A DNA stretch of 64,000 bases from Eledone cirrhosa (GCA_964016885.1 OZ024740.1:179738001-179802000); one strand, 5' to 3'; positions 27,525 to 42,007 are shown, counted from the stretch's first letter. Notes: generated from the letters alone by a model not told the origin. Numbers and translations: made by a program.

Positions 27525-27825
27525 CCTGTGTCAGTGTTGAACAAAAAGGTGACGTGGTTGCCTTAACACCGTATGGCATAAATTCAGGCTGTTCAGTTTG
27601 TTTACAAACGAACAAAGCGACGTTAGCGCCGCTAAACTGATACGTGCATATATGTATGTGTACCTGTATGCATATGTATATATATATGTATATATATATA
27701 TATATATATGTGCATGCTACTGTACGTCTGTATACATATATGTATGTACGTATACATGCATACTTACATTTAAGTAAGTGCCATACTAAGAGTGAGAAAT
27801 GAAATTTCGTTTTCATTTTGTTTCA

Positions 27826-27864
<39 letters not shown>

Positions 27865-27909
27865 GTACAATCTGGACACTCACACACACCTTGGTATTAT
27901 GCCAATACT

Positions 27910-28258
27910 ATATATCATTTCACACCTATTATTATTAAGGTTTTTGATGTTCTATTGAGAGAATCGTTTTTACTGAAAATATCGAATAATGTACACCATT
28001 ATACCAGTATCACAAACATACTGGTCCATCCACACGCACACACACACACATTCTCACACACACACACATATATATACACACACACATATATACACACACA
28101 CATACACACGCGTACATTAACATACAAAGAGACATATACACACACACACATCTCCGTATAAGACAAGAGCTGAAAAATATCTTTTAACATGTTAAAATAT
28201 CCCCCACACACTTACAGACACATTCCTACTGACCATCCCTCTACCACGAATTACTCTG

Positions 28259-28323
<65 letters not shown>

Positions 28324-28850
28324 TCTTAATAGGCATTTGAACTGTCAACAGGCTGCGGTTCGCACACACATCCCTGCTGACCATTCTCACAACAACGAAC
28401 CTCTTTACTACTACTACTACTACACTCACACACACATATTTGTTTTGAAAGACTTATTTTTCAGTGACTTCTCAATCAGCCGACACAAACCTACATTTGG
28501 CGCAAAATCAATTTTTAACATTCACATGATCAATACCGACCAATCAAAATTGTTTTGACCACAAGAATTTTTGCAACCCGAATTGGCGCGAAACTTATTT
28601 TAATACATCTGGAGCAACTTTTTAAACATAAAAACAGGTAGAATTTCCAAAACTAATCAGATTAGAGCAAACATCACGGGCGCTCTATCTCAAAATTATT
28701 TTTGAAAAGCATTAGAAATGTGCAACCGGTAAAACTTAAAACCAAAACAGTATACTAACCAATACTATTACTAATTTTCACTTATTCTTAATTAAACTAT
28801 TTTTCACTGTGAACAATTTGTCAGCATTTTCTTTTCCGTTTACCAATATA
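27910..28850 (+). repeat. ~1-kb dispersed non-coding repeat with internal (CA)n, copy A
   Basis: colinear with 40640-41610; both end ccgtttaccaa then (TA)n. Confidence 0.85.
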
Positions 28851-28945
28851 TATATATATATGTAGATCCCAGGTTAAATCGGGGAAAACCACAGTAAGTA
28901 AGGTACTCAAAACATAGCGGAGTAAAAGTAATTTAATATAGAAAT

Positions 28946-28996
28946 GGCTTCTACAGGACTAGAACTGTTTCATTCGGAGGAAATCATCAGAAAGCC
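28946..28996 (-). ncRNA. Type I hammerhead in a short fold-back element (arms ~28938-28983 / 29004-29049) between (TA)n tracts
   Basis: minus strand ggcttt CTGATGA t ttc ctcc gaa t GAAA cag ttctagtc ctg TA gaagcc. Confidence 0.82.
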
Positions 28997-29051
28997 CTAA
29001 TGTTTTCCTCCGAATGAAACAGTTCTAGTCCTGTAGAAGCCATTTCTATTT

Positions 29052-29110
<59 letters not shown>

Positions 29111-29539
29111 CTGTGTGTGTATATGTGTGTATATCTATGTGTGGGTGTATGTGTGTGTGTGTAGCTTTGAATGTATATATATATATATATCAGGAAAAAT
29201 AGTATTTCTGTAACAATGATATATTCTCGTTTCAGTTGTAGGCTTAATCATTTAGGGAATACAAAAAAAAAGACTGGAATCGTTTCCTTCGTTTCACATC
29301 CACCCACAGTGATCTAACATTTCGAACGTGTCCTGACTTTGCAACAAATGTCAACTTCCCAGTTATATTCGGCTAGTACGAAACCAGATTAGTATCAACA
29401 TATCGATTCAGATGAGAGATTAGCTGTCAAACTGTCAAAGAAAAAAAACAAATAAATAATATATATATATATATATATATATGCATGCCAGATCAGAAAT
29501 CTATAATCTACGATTTGTTTTGGCCTTAAATTGCTAATT

Positions 29540-29746
29540 TTTTCTTCTTCTTCTTCTGCTTCTTCTTCTTCTTCTTCTTCTTCTTCTTCTTCTTCTTCTT
29601 CTTCTTCTTCTTCTTCTTCTTCTTCTTCTTCTTCTTCTTCTTCTTCTTCTTCTCCCCCCCCCCCTTCTCCTCCTCCTCCTCCTCCTCCCTCTTCTTCTTC
29701 TTCTTCTTCTTCTTCTTCTTCTTCTTCTTCTTCTTCTTCTTCTTCT
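29540..29746. repeat. (CTT)n/(CCT)n microsatellite
   Basis: direct reading. Confidence 0.97.
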
Positions 29747-32538
29747 CAACAGTAGTGGTATCAAGTGTATTAGCTATTAAATGTGCTAATGTTTTAGACG
29801 GGATATTATAGACAGGATGCACAGTACTCCGCGTGACAAATATATTATTTATTTATTTATTTATATATTCATTTAGCAACAATAGATCTCGTGATAATTA
29901 TATAAACAAACTATTAGCCTACGATAGGCAGAAATCTTTTTTTCCCTCCGGAATATATGCATACCTATAATTAGTAAAACTTTACATTGAGTTATTTATT
30001 AATGATCCAATATGGAGTCCTAAAAAATAATGAATACTCAATAACCCCCAAAATATAGGTAGTAACAGTTAATATGTGTTCAAATATAGTGAATATACAT
30101 ACATATATTAACAAACACAGACTTAATTTAGTAATGAAATGAACCACTCCACTGAAAATAAAAATATCCTTTCCTAAAAACATTAGACAGTGAAGTCCAG
30201 TCAAAAAAGAAAATCCCTGAACATGTTATATAATAAACAGAAATGTATGGAAAAAATATCGAGGATGATTTTGATAGGCTTGGCTTTTCATATGCCCATA
30301 GACATGGAGAGGTATAGGGATCTATGGCTCCTGTGTGTTCTATTGATCTCACCTATCTGTAATGTATGTATGGTGATATGTTTAAATTGGTCTTCGTTTC
30401 CTCTGTGGTGTCATACATGTCAGCTTGTGAATTCTCTTCAGGGGAAATATATTATTTCCAATCAATATATCATTGAAAAAACACCATCTTTAAGGAACTT
30501 TCTATTTTACTACTTACACGCAAACACTATGTATTCAAAATAACCTTCTCTCTTCTTTTTTTCGCATACGAATCACTCATTACCTTCATTGCTTCTCTTT
30601 TTTCTCTGTTGAAGATTGACGGAAGTTCTCGAAAAAGTCTTCTTCATCTGTTTGGGCCATATTATTTGTGAGTGCATTGGCTAGATCTTCAGGCACTCTA
30701 TCTTCATTGAAAATAGATGTCATCATTTCCATTTTTGTGGATTTCTCATTTAATCATTCTTTTTAGTGAATTATATTAGGCAATGTTTCCCTGAAATCGC
30801 AGTGTCCATTTTTATGAGCAGAAGCTAATTTTATTATATGACTTTGGTTCCAACAACATGTGAAGGAGAGATTTCTAACATTTGACGTAACCATTCATCT
30901 ACACAAACATGGGGGATGCCCTTATCAGTAATAGCAGCATAATGCTTTTCAAACTCTATGGATTTGGGAGGCAGGGTGGTTTAGGTGATATGGAGGGGCA
31001 TAATTTGATATTATTGAATTTTAAGATATTGTTGACTCACCAAATTGTAAAACTTCCGTAGTACAGATCCAATATCTAACGTTTATGGAAGCCCTAATTC
31101 TGGCATCAATAGCCTCATGTACTTATAATTGCAATGCACTATATAGGGAGACCATCTGAAAACGTCGAGTGTTTTCTGTTTCTAGAAAACGACTGACCGG
31201 TCTGACTAGAATCTGCGTGTATTACCGTCTCATGTGTGAATGCGTTATTCGTATTTATAACCACATTTGTTATGGAATGTCTGTCATAATATGTTTGAGC
31301 TAATATCGTCATTGGAGGTATGAAACTGCTCGAATTTACATGCAAAACATTCCTCTATTCTATTTGATGCAAACCTCTACGACTGCCTATTCAATGAATT
31401 TTATATACTGTTATTCGTAAAGTACAACAGTAAACTGGAGCCGTGATAAACAAGATACTTGATAAAATAGAAATACTTACGTATATTTATATGGAAACAC
31501 GCTTACAGAATTGGCATAGAATCTGTTTTATGAGAAATGCGTATATATAAATAGTTCAAATGTCTCTGAAAATATACTCGAAGTATGTAAAATTGAAGAA
31601 AAAGAAGAAAAATCAATTTAATGGCTTCGTGCAATCGATACAAGAGCATTGGTTTCTATCGTTTGAATATATGAGAGCTTGTCAGCTGATATTGACTTGA
31701 TACTGGCTTTTGTATATTGTATTTATTCAAGTTTTTTTCTATTGCCCTTTAGGGCATATAATGTGTGTAAAACCAATTATAAGTAATATTATACATAACT
31801 ATATATTAACTCATCATAAGAGGAGAAAGAGAAATAATATAACAATATAAGGTTTACCAAAAAATCGCGAATGAACGAGTATGTATCAGTATTTTATTGA
31901 GAAACAGGAAATCTAAAAATGGCACATGGTTGCAGATTTACATGTTCCTTTTCTTTTTGGTTTGTATGAGACAATCGTTACTTAAATTTAAGGCCTGCTT
32001 CTAATTTTGGACTATCATCTTTTTGTACAATAACATTATCTTTACAAATGTTTAACATACAGTATAAATTTTAATAATTATATAAAATTTTATATGTCAA
32101 ATTCCAATTTTACACTTGTGATCTATGTTAATACACGAAGTATATATTCGAATACATGTTTTGTTTATGGTTTTAGTTATCAGCAGTGATTTATAAGAAA
32201 CGAACCGACACAATGTTCTACACGAACTGGTGAAATCACGTCCAATATTAACCATAGCTCAAGCCCAGACAATAATTTCTCGTGAACGACCAGGAGACGC
32301 CAATACATATTCCTCTCTCCATGTGAACGGTGTTCTAAAAGGAAAAGCGAAAGGCCTATACAATTTGAAACTATTGATATGGCAATTCATTTCTAGAGCT
32401 AGGTGAAATGGATCAACGTGAATTATGAATTAAAGGGTCTTGCTCAAAGACACAACTTATCACCTGGTCAGGGAATCAAAGTCGCAATTCTTTAAGCATT
32501 CACTCTTCTTCCCATATCATACTCGTACACACCTATAT

Positions 32539-32586
<48 letters not shown>

Positions 32587-33120
32587 ATGGAAAAGAATGA
32601 AACCAAATTTTATTTCTCACTCTTAGTACGGCTGATACTTAAATGTAAGTATGTATGTATACGCACATACATATATGTATACAGACGTACAGTAGTATGT
32701 ATATATATACATACATGCACATATATATATATATATATGTACGTATGGGCTTACCGAACATGTATTATAATGTTCTCTCTGTTTGTAAACAAACAGCCCA
32801 ATTTACGCCGTACAGTGTTCGGCAACCATCGTTCAACACTGACACAGGAACGATGTACTAGTTTTAAGCTTATTAGCTATCGTCAGCATCGTATACTTTC
32901 CTGTCAGATGATTGAACGTTTGAAAGTATATACTTTCCTTCTGCATATTAACGGCTGAGCAGCCTAATTTGCATATCGAGTGAGTTAATCGGCCGGGCGT
33001 ACCTAAAATGATAAATGGAAAAGAATGAAACGAAATTTCATTTCTCACTCTTAGTACGGCTCATACTTAAATGTAAGTATGCATGTATACGTACATACAT
33101 ATATGTATACATACGTACAG
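32587..33120 (-). mobile_element. Diverged copy of the 468-bp retrozyme-like family (partial tandem, period ~428) with hammerhead 32850-32892 mutated GAAA to AAAA
   Basis: reverse complement similar to the 26677-27830 unit; minus strand acgatg CTGACGA tagct aata agct t AAAA ctagTA catcgt. Confidence 0.82.
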
Positions 33121-33169
<49 letters not shown>

Positions 33170-33217
33170 GTATATATATATAAATAAAATTTCGCTCTGC
33201 ATGGTTGAATACAATAA

Positions 33218-33741
33218 ATGTAATCTGAGTTTTTCTAATATTAATAATAACATTCGAGTCGTTTGCAATTATGCAAACAAGCCTCAATGTTATAGCCATG
33301 TCAGTGGAATGAACACTTCATTCTTGTTCTTATGTTGGCATGCGAACAGTACTGCATACATTAATGTTTCTGGGTATCACCCTTCATCAGTACAGTCCAC
33401 TGTTCACCTGCCAAACTGTCAGAGCTAGTGAAAATATATGCTATTTTCAAAAATACACAGTGACTAATCGGCCTGATCTGCATATTAGCAGACTGGCTGA
33501 TCAGCCAGATCTGAGTATTAGCAGATCCACTGATTAGTGTCTGCAATTCTGTTCGCATGACAACATAAGGGCAAGAATGAAGTGTTCATTCCACTGACAT
33601 GGCTATACAATTGAGGCTTGTTTGCATAATTGCAAACGAATCGATTGTTATTATTAATATTCGAAAAGTAATGCACTGGGTATTTTCTGGCCTTGTGCCT
33701 AAAGTAGAAACAATTATTAATATTCGAAAAACTCCGATTAC

Positions 33742-33743
<2 letters not shown>
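33218..33743. mobile_element. Fold-back element in (TA)n (arms ~33218-33349 / 33549-33743), right arm interrupted by a SINE 3' fragment
   Basis: reverse-complement arms; SINE piece 33668-33712 with 18-bp TSD attattaatattcgaaaa. Confidence 0.8.
33351..33396 (-). ncRNA. Minimal type I hammerhead
   Basis: minus strand actgta CTGATGA a ggg tgata ccc a GAAA cattaatg TA tgcagt; palindromic stem III acattaatgt. Confidence 0.85.
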
Positions 33744-33831
<88 letters not shown>

Positions 33832-34214
33832 TATATAGATATATACAAATGTAGATATGCACAAATATTCATATACGCATATATTTATATAAATGTGTGT
33901 GTTTGTGGATGTGCGTATATTGCTGTTAATCTGAGTCATATGTCTACTTGGTTATGAAGGCGCAAATTTCTTTCCACCACGCTTGATCTGCTGTGTTTCA
34001 TTCAGCAGTAGTTGAACTAAACCATGTATGGCTCACATTCTACTCATTTGTTTAGTGCCGGGTGCTATTCTGTATGCACACCCAGTGGTTTCGCTTTTCT
34101 GTTCACCATGGCATTGCATTCATTGCCTCCTGGGTTGCAGGCAACAACAAAATAACGTCCAGCCTAGCGAAACCAACACCGCATCATATGATTTGCATTG
34201 CAGATTAATTTCTC

Positions 34215-34274
<60 letters not shown>

Positions 34275-34614
34275 GATAAATCTACCAAAAGTTTACGGTA
34301 GTGTCCAATCCGTATGAAGAACTCAATGTAATCCGGATATCATGAAAAGAAAAGATGCATTCAAAAACTATTTTCGGTGAAAAATAAACGAAAAACAGAG
34401 TTAAGATAAATTAATAAAACAATGAATAAACAAAGAAACAGTTCCTTATATTAAAACAAATTCATCATTTTACGATCGTTTTTAGGATATATATGTGTTA
34501 GAGTTGGTATGCATATTCTATAGATCTATGTACAAGATTTATACAAACTATCAGAGGGAATATACATACCTACACATATATATACTGTCTTCAGAAATAA
34601 TGATATTTGTTTCT

Positions 34615-34651
<37 letters not shown>

Positions 34652-34799
34652 GGGGGGGGGAAATACATAGGAGAGTATGTTTTTCATTACAGGAATTTCG
34701 AAACACCAGCGTGAGAAGAATATAAGCTACTAGAGGTATTGGTAAAACATTAAAAGTAAAAGTATAAATTGAAATGAAAAACCATCCTCACCTAAATCA

Positions 34800-34877
34800 C
34801 ACATGTACACACTCACCAGGAGTATGTTTCGCCATTTTAGTGGGTTCCAATACGACCTGGTGGGTCATCAGCATGTG
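34800..34877 (-). ncRNA. Type I hammerhead (inverted copy)
   Basis: minus strand cacatg CTGATGA ccca...tggc GAAA catactc ctggt gagtgtg TA catgtg. Confidence 0.75.
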
Positions 34878-35232
34878 GGAGGCCAATATTGTCCGCACTA
34901 CTACAGAGAGAACTAAAATAAACACACTCTCCTGTGTCTTTCCCCTCTATATATTGTATTTTAAAGTGCCCAGGATAACAATTTCCTTTGAGTTCATTTA
35001 ATTACAGGATTATACGCGAGTCCCTTGCTCCGTTATATTTACTTGATATTAGCTCCTTGCGCTCCCTCTCTGCTGTTGTGCACCTTAAATTGAATAGTAT
35101 AGGCTGCCGTTTCTAGTAGCTTGTTCTGTTCATGCCACCGGTTACTGCCCCGAGCACGTGTCTTATGTCTACACGTGCGAAGGGTGGTTTATTTTAGTTC
35201 TCTCTGTAGTAGTGCGGACAATATTGGCCTTC

Positions 35233-35310
35233 CATATGCTGATGACCCACCGGGCCGTATTGGAACCCACTAAAATGGCGAAACATGCTCCCGGTGAGTG
35301 TGTACATGTG
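35233..35310 (+). ncRNA. Type I hammerhead
   Basis: catatg CTGATGA ccca...tggc GAAA catgctc ccggt gagtgtg TA catgtg; long stem III, weak stem II. Confidence 0.72.
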
Positions 35311-36369
35311 TGATTTAGGTGAGGATGGTTTATCATTTACATTTATACTTTTAATTTTAATGTTTTACCAATGCCTCTAGTAGCTTATATTCTTCTCATG
35401 CTGGTGGTTCGAAATTCCTGTAATGAAAAACACACTCTCCTGTGTCTTTCCCCTCTCTCTATATATTGTATTTTAAAGTGCCCAGGATAACAATTTCCTT
35501 TGAGCTCATTTAATTGCAGGATTATACGCGAGTCCCTTGCTCCGTTATTTTTACTTGATATATATATATATATATATAAAGCAAACGAAGAAGAGGGAAA
35601 TATCGATAGAGATAGAGAAATCAAAAGAGCGAGAGCGGAGAAAATGACCGAAATGAAGTGGAAGATATACAGAGACAAGGGATTATTTGTCAATACACTT
35701 AATATATTATTAAAATATTTCACCAAAACCTAACCAATTTCTTGGAATGTTTAGTGTAAATATTTTAGTCATTCAATTATTGGACTCTGATTTTATTTTA
35801 TTTTGTTTTATTCGTCATTGTTCTAGATACCGTTTAGTTATGTAATCGAAATGTAATCCGCACATCATTCTAATGTTAAATAGCTATTTGTTTCAGCAAT
35901 GCAGAATAAGATGAATTATTTACATAATTATAAAAGAACGTATGCTATTTCCCACATTTATTCCAGACTGAGGATAATAGAATAAATAGAACAGAAATCG
36001 CTTTCGTGTGGAAAACACATAATGTGGAAAGAGAACATAAATTTCTGAATAGGAATGAATATAATAATATGAGAGGCTGACAAAAAATATTAAATGATAA
36101 AACAAGGCGATAAACAAAAGTATATATAAAAAATAGAATAGAAAAGCAGCAAATTTGAATCGTAATCGGCAATAAAAACAGAATATAAGAAATACGATAT
36201 AAGAAATGAAGGATTAATGTATATGCAAAAAGAAACTGAAAAGAATAAGAGATACAGAGAGTTTAAGTAAGATGCCGATAAGAACAATGTATGATGAATT
36301 GTGTTTGGAATTTAAAACGAAAGGAATTGGAAATTAAAGACGAAGCGATAATAGAGTTAAATTATATTA

Positions 36370-39300
36370 TACCCTGGACACGTTCGTTGACTCCTGCCGT
36401 AGCGCAGTAAATCGCTTCGACTTCCGCCACCGTTCCAAACGGAATAACATCTCACGGGGCGAACTCCTCGCTCTCCGCTCCCTCCGTAGCCGGGATAACA
36501 TCGTCATCGAACAGGCGGACAAGGGAGGCGCCGTGGTGGTATGGCGCGCTGACCTCTACACAGCTGAAGCCCTCAGGCAGCTCCGTAACCGCCTCTTCTA
36601 TCGCCCTCTACCTTCTGACTCCACACCCCTCTACCAACAACAAGTTTCCTCCACCATCAAACACCTTGTCTCCTCCTCTCTCCTACCCCAGCATTTCCCA
36701 CCTCATCGATAACTACTATCTACTTCCTCCCCAAACTTCACAAACCTGACAACCCCGGCCGCCCCATCGTCTCTGCTTGCAACTGCCCCACTGAGCTCAT
36801 CATCGCCTTTCTTGACACCATCCTCGCCCCCCTCGTCACCACCCTCCCCTCTCACATCTCCGAAACCAACCACGACCTTCGCCTGTTCGACTTCTTCACT
36901 TTCCCACGCGGCCCACATCCACTCCTATTCACCCTATATATCTAGTCCCTCTATACTGTAAGATCCCACGCCGACGGCCTTCGTGCCCTCCGGCACTACT
37001 TCGACCTTCACCCGCCCCCAGCACCTCCACCCTACCCTCCTTCGCTTCGCCCAGCTTGTCCTCACCCTTAACTGCTTCTCCTTCTCGGGTGAGTTTTACC
37101 AACAGGTCACGGGGGTAGCAATGGGCACAAGAATAGGCCCAAACTATGCTAACTTTTAGTTGGCCATGTTGAGGCCCAACGCTTTGCCAATTACACTGGC
37201 CCTAACGCCCGAACTATACGGTCGTTACATTGACGAATGTATCGGAGGCACGACCCTCACCCGAGAAAAGCTCGACTCCTTTCCTTCCTTCTTCTTCTCC
37301 TTCCACCCTCCCTCCACTTTACCGGCTCTATCTCCACCACCCACGTCCACTTCTTAGACATCTCCATCAGCATCGATCCCTCCCACCGCTCCCTCGTCAC
37401 CTCCGCCTTCTTCAAACCCACCGACTCCCACTCCTACCTCGACTTCACCTCCTCCCACTCACCACACACACACTAAACACTCTATCCCATACTCCTAACT
37501 CCTCCGGATCCGCTGCCTCTGTAGCTGAGATGCTGACTTTGAGTGCCAAGCCCTTTTCTTAGTCAGTCATTTCATCCGGCGAGGTTACAGTCCCTTGTCC
37601 ACACCGTCCTCACTCGCCCCCGTGCTGTCCACCACTCCATCGCCCTCACCCCATGCCACCGCACACCCACCCATCGTCTCCTCTTCCCCATCACCTACAA
37701 CCCTTCCATCTTACCCCTCCACCGCACCATCCGACGCATCTTCTGACGCCTCCAGTCCGACCCCTCCACTTCCCCCATATTCGCCTCCCCTCTCTCTCCT
37801 CCTTCAAACGCGCACGCAATCTCCGCACCTTCCTCGTCCACAGCTCCCTACCCCAACCCACAATCTTCTCCCCCCCCCGGTTCACTTCCCTGCTCCGGGT
37901 CCCGTTGCCACACGTGCACCCACATCACCAACACCACCACCTTCCATGGTCCCAACGGCCACTCTCTCTCTGTCCGACATGCCTTCCGTTGCACCTCCTC
38001 CAACCTAGTCTATGGACAGCGCAACCTACGTCGGACAGACTGGACGTCGCCTGGCGGACCGTTTCACGGAACACCTCCGGGATATTCGCCTCGGTGGGAG
38101 TTCCCCGATCGCCCGCCACTTTCGCTACCCTGGACATTCCGCCCACCACCTCACAGTCTGTGGCCTTCTCCAATGCCATGGAACACCCGCCACCCGCCTA
38201 ACGGTTGAACAATGCACCATCTTCACCCTCCAGACCCACATACCTACCGGCCTGAACTCCCCACCCCTATTCCTTAGCCTTCGATCGCCCACCCATCCCC
38301 CACCCTTTCCCCACAAACACACCTAACACACTTCCCTGTTCAGCCCCCTTCCTTGGCCCATCCCACAACTAACTATACTAACATCCCCACCCCTCCCTCT
38401 AACTCGCACACATCCACCTGAACATATATACACGCACTCACACTATCCACACACCCTACTACCACTACTAACCCTCACCCACACATCCACTCCGCCCACC
38501 CCACAACTAACATCACTAACCTCCCCCCGACCCCACGCACACGAAGACACACCATCACACACACCCACACCTATGTACACCACTCACTCCACACCCAACC
38601 ACCACTAACCCCCACTTACACAACCGCTTTCCACCCTTTCCCCACCACATGTAATACTAACACACACTAACACCCCCTTTACCACACACACACTCATCCA
38701 AACACGCACGCACACACCAGTACACTCCCTCCTCTTCTCTCCCCTCTCTCTTTCTCCCTCTCCCCGCTCCACCTACACCCCTTCACGCACACACATCCCA
38801 CTAACACATCTACTAATATACACCCCATCTACCCACTTCACCACCTTCTCCCTCCACCCTTCACACCTACCGAACCCCTACCCTGTCCACCGCACCTTCG
38901 CACACACAGATACACACACAGTCCTCACCTCACTCCACCTGTCATCCCACTCTATTGCTATCTCTACACCCTGTCTTGACCCTCTGACCACATCCTGTTA
39001 CGCGCGTACCCCACTTCCCTCGACTTCCTACCACCACCAACATTGGATTCTACACCTTCGGTCATCTCTCCAACCATCCAATCCATATCTTGAAACACAT
39101 CCAGCACCTCTCCACAAATCTGACGGAACTACCTCAGGACCTTACCCACGAACATACGCTCACACCTTTTTATGCGCACCACGCCACCCACATCCACACC
39201 CACATATAAACACAAACACACACGTGCGTACCCCGTCATATACACAACCTCCGGAATCCACACGCCACCTCACCCACCCCTGATCCCTCTCCTTCCACAC

Positions 39301-39775
39301 GCACACACACACCGACTTACACCCCACCCCACGCACACACCTTTTCCTGAACATGGAACCTCGTTCTTCCTCAAACTTTCACATGCACACGCACACACAC
39401 TCACGTACACCTACACACATACACAAACACCACCTTCAGCCTTCTTCGCTTCGACCCCCAGCCTCCCTCTCCCGACTCCACCCGCCACCACCCTTACAAG
39501 CCTCACACCCTTCCACCACTTGTCCATCTTAGTGTTTATTCTTATGTTTATTTTTATGTTTACGTTTATTATTATTTTTATTTGTTCTCCTTCCCCCTTT
39601 GTTCTAAATATATTTCCACACACCCTCTGAACTCTCTTCCTAACCTATTTACTCCTGAAGAAGGGCTTATGCCCAAAACGTCGTTCCCCACTCCCACCCT
39701 CCACTCTCAAAAGCGTGAACCTAATAAACCTTTATTTGTTTGCCTCTCTGTTTTGTTCCCGTATAAATTTGCACT
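36370..39775 (+). mobile_element. Decayed Penelope-like element (RT and GIY-YIG, probably Neptune-type) with C/A-rich 3' region and terminal hammerhead remnant at ~39651-39685
   Basis: IVIEQADKGGAVVVW, FLPKLHKPDNPGRPIVS, GVAMGTRIGPNYAN, YGRYIDE, FLDISI, FKPTDSHSYL, YVGQTGRRLADRFTEH; CTGAAGA agggc ttat gccc AAAA cgtc then aataaa 39723. Confidence 0.9.
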
Positions 39776-39789
39776 ATATATATATATTT

Positions 39790-40433
39790 ACCCTAAAGTA
39801 AATCAACCAAAACTAAAAGCTCTTCCATACATCTCCACACACAAACCCCTCAACAGTGAGGCCTTTGACACCATCCTCCAGAACATCCCTGTATTGAAAA
39901 AGGACCATAGAATGAACCAAATTCTACGAACACACGATATCATAAAGAGCAAAAGACAATCCAAGTCAATGAAAAACATCTTAACACATGCCAAAGTACT
40001 GCCAACCACAACAACGAAACCCACAGTAAAAAAAGGCGATAGACCCAACTGTGGCATTTGCATCAACCTAATTGAGGGTTCGGAATTCTATTTCAAAGAT
40101 GGACAACGTTTTATAGTAAAACACAATTTCACATGTGCATCGGATAATCTAATATATGTATTAACTTGTTCAGGTTGTCGAGAACAATACATAGGCCAGA
40201 CCAAAAACAGCCTCCGCCAACGCATGACTGTCCATAGATCCCAAATTAAGATACGGGAATACAGGAAAATACCACTGAGTGAACACATTGATACCTGTGC
40301 CGCCCAAAATCATCCCAACTTCAGAATCTTTCCCCTCTACAAATTTAAAGATAATACCACCCACACTCAGCGCATCAGCAAGGAATCTTACTTCATTAAC
40401 AAATACGGACCCCGTCTAAACACTTCTCCCTAA
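39790..40433 (+). mobile_element. 5'-truncated Penelope-like element (Neptune-like Cys linker and GIY-YIG), reading frame open
   Basis: ORF 39582-40433 C-terminal part: RPNCGIC, FTCASDNLIYVLTCSGCREQYIGQT, LRQRMTVH, ESYFINKYGPRLN; starts next to (TA)n. Confidence 0.88.
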
Positions 40434-40639
40434 GACGAACCCACAACATACACACGTCAACATACATACCTACATCAGCACACATCTCTACCCACATATA
40501 AACACACTGACACACGTAAACACACATGCTCTATGGTGCAATACAAAAAAATATATGTGCATATATATGTATGTATATATGTATATATATATATATATAT
40601 ATGTAGTGAATGTATGTGTGTGTGTGTATATATATAGTG

Positions 40640-41647
<1,008 letters not shown>

Positions 41648-42007
41648 AATATGGGGAGAAGAATACTGCATGGTTGCACATGGATAGCATGTTATAAAAT
41701 AAGTCCCTCATCAGTGATTTGCCAACGGTCATTGGTATTTCATTACATTAAAAATCATATACCTCACGTTGGTGCAATAATAACTAAAATAAGTTATTAG
41801 GACAATTAAAACGCGTAAAGCGAGTGTGACAAGTAAACAACACAGGGGAAAGCTAACCGATGGGATATCGTTAGAGGTAATCCAGTTAGAGTATTCCGCG
41901 TCGTGGATAGTTTTAACGTACATCTTTCTTTCACTCAAGAAGATGTTTTCATAGTTATGCAGCGAGTTCGCGCTAATTTCTATGCAGGTTATACTTGGAA
42001 TAATAAT

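Larger units (their letters stand above)
26677..27830 (+). mobile_element. Retrozyme-like tandem array (~2.4 units of 468-480 bp) inside (TA)n
   Basis: agcgccgctaaactg at 26677, 27157, 27625; units nearly identical apart from an internal TA tract; one hammerhead per full unit. Confidence 0.88.
34669..35561 (+). mobile_element. pLTR-like element: partial tandem (period ~508, ~130-bp direct repeats at 34921 and 35429) preceded by an inverted ~255-bp copy
   Basis: 34669-34923 is the reverse complement of ~35187-35441; TA/GA microsatellite flanks. Confidence 0.82.

Noticed and set aside
26677-27830. CRISPR-like or prokaryotic array interpretation of the tandem repeats
   Set aside because: Long near-identical units without unique spacers, eukaryotic context and no cas genes
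30560-31345. Possible coding remnant or exon on the minus strand
   Set aside because: Multiple stops, no recognisable motif or convincing splice sites
41665-41720. CTGATGAG on the minus strand
   Set aside because: No matching stem II or GAAA could be paired
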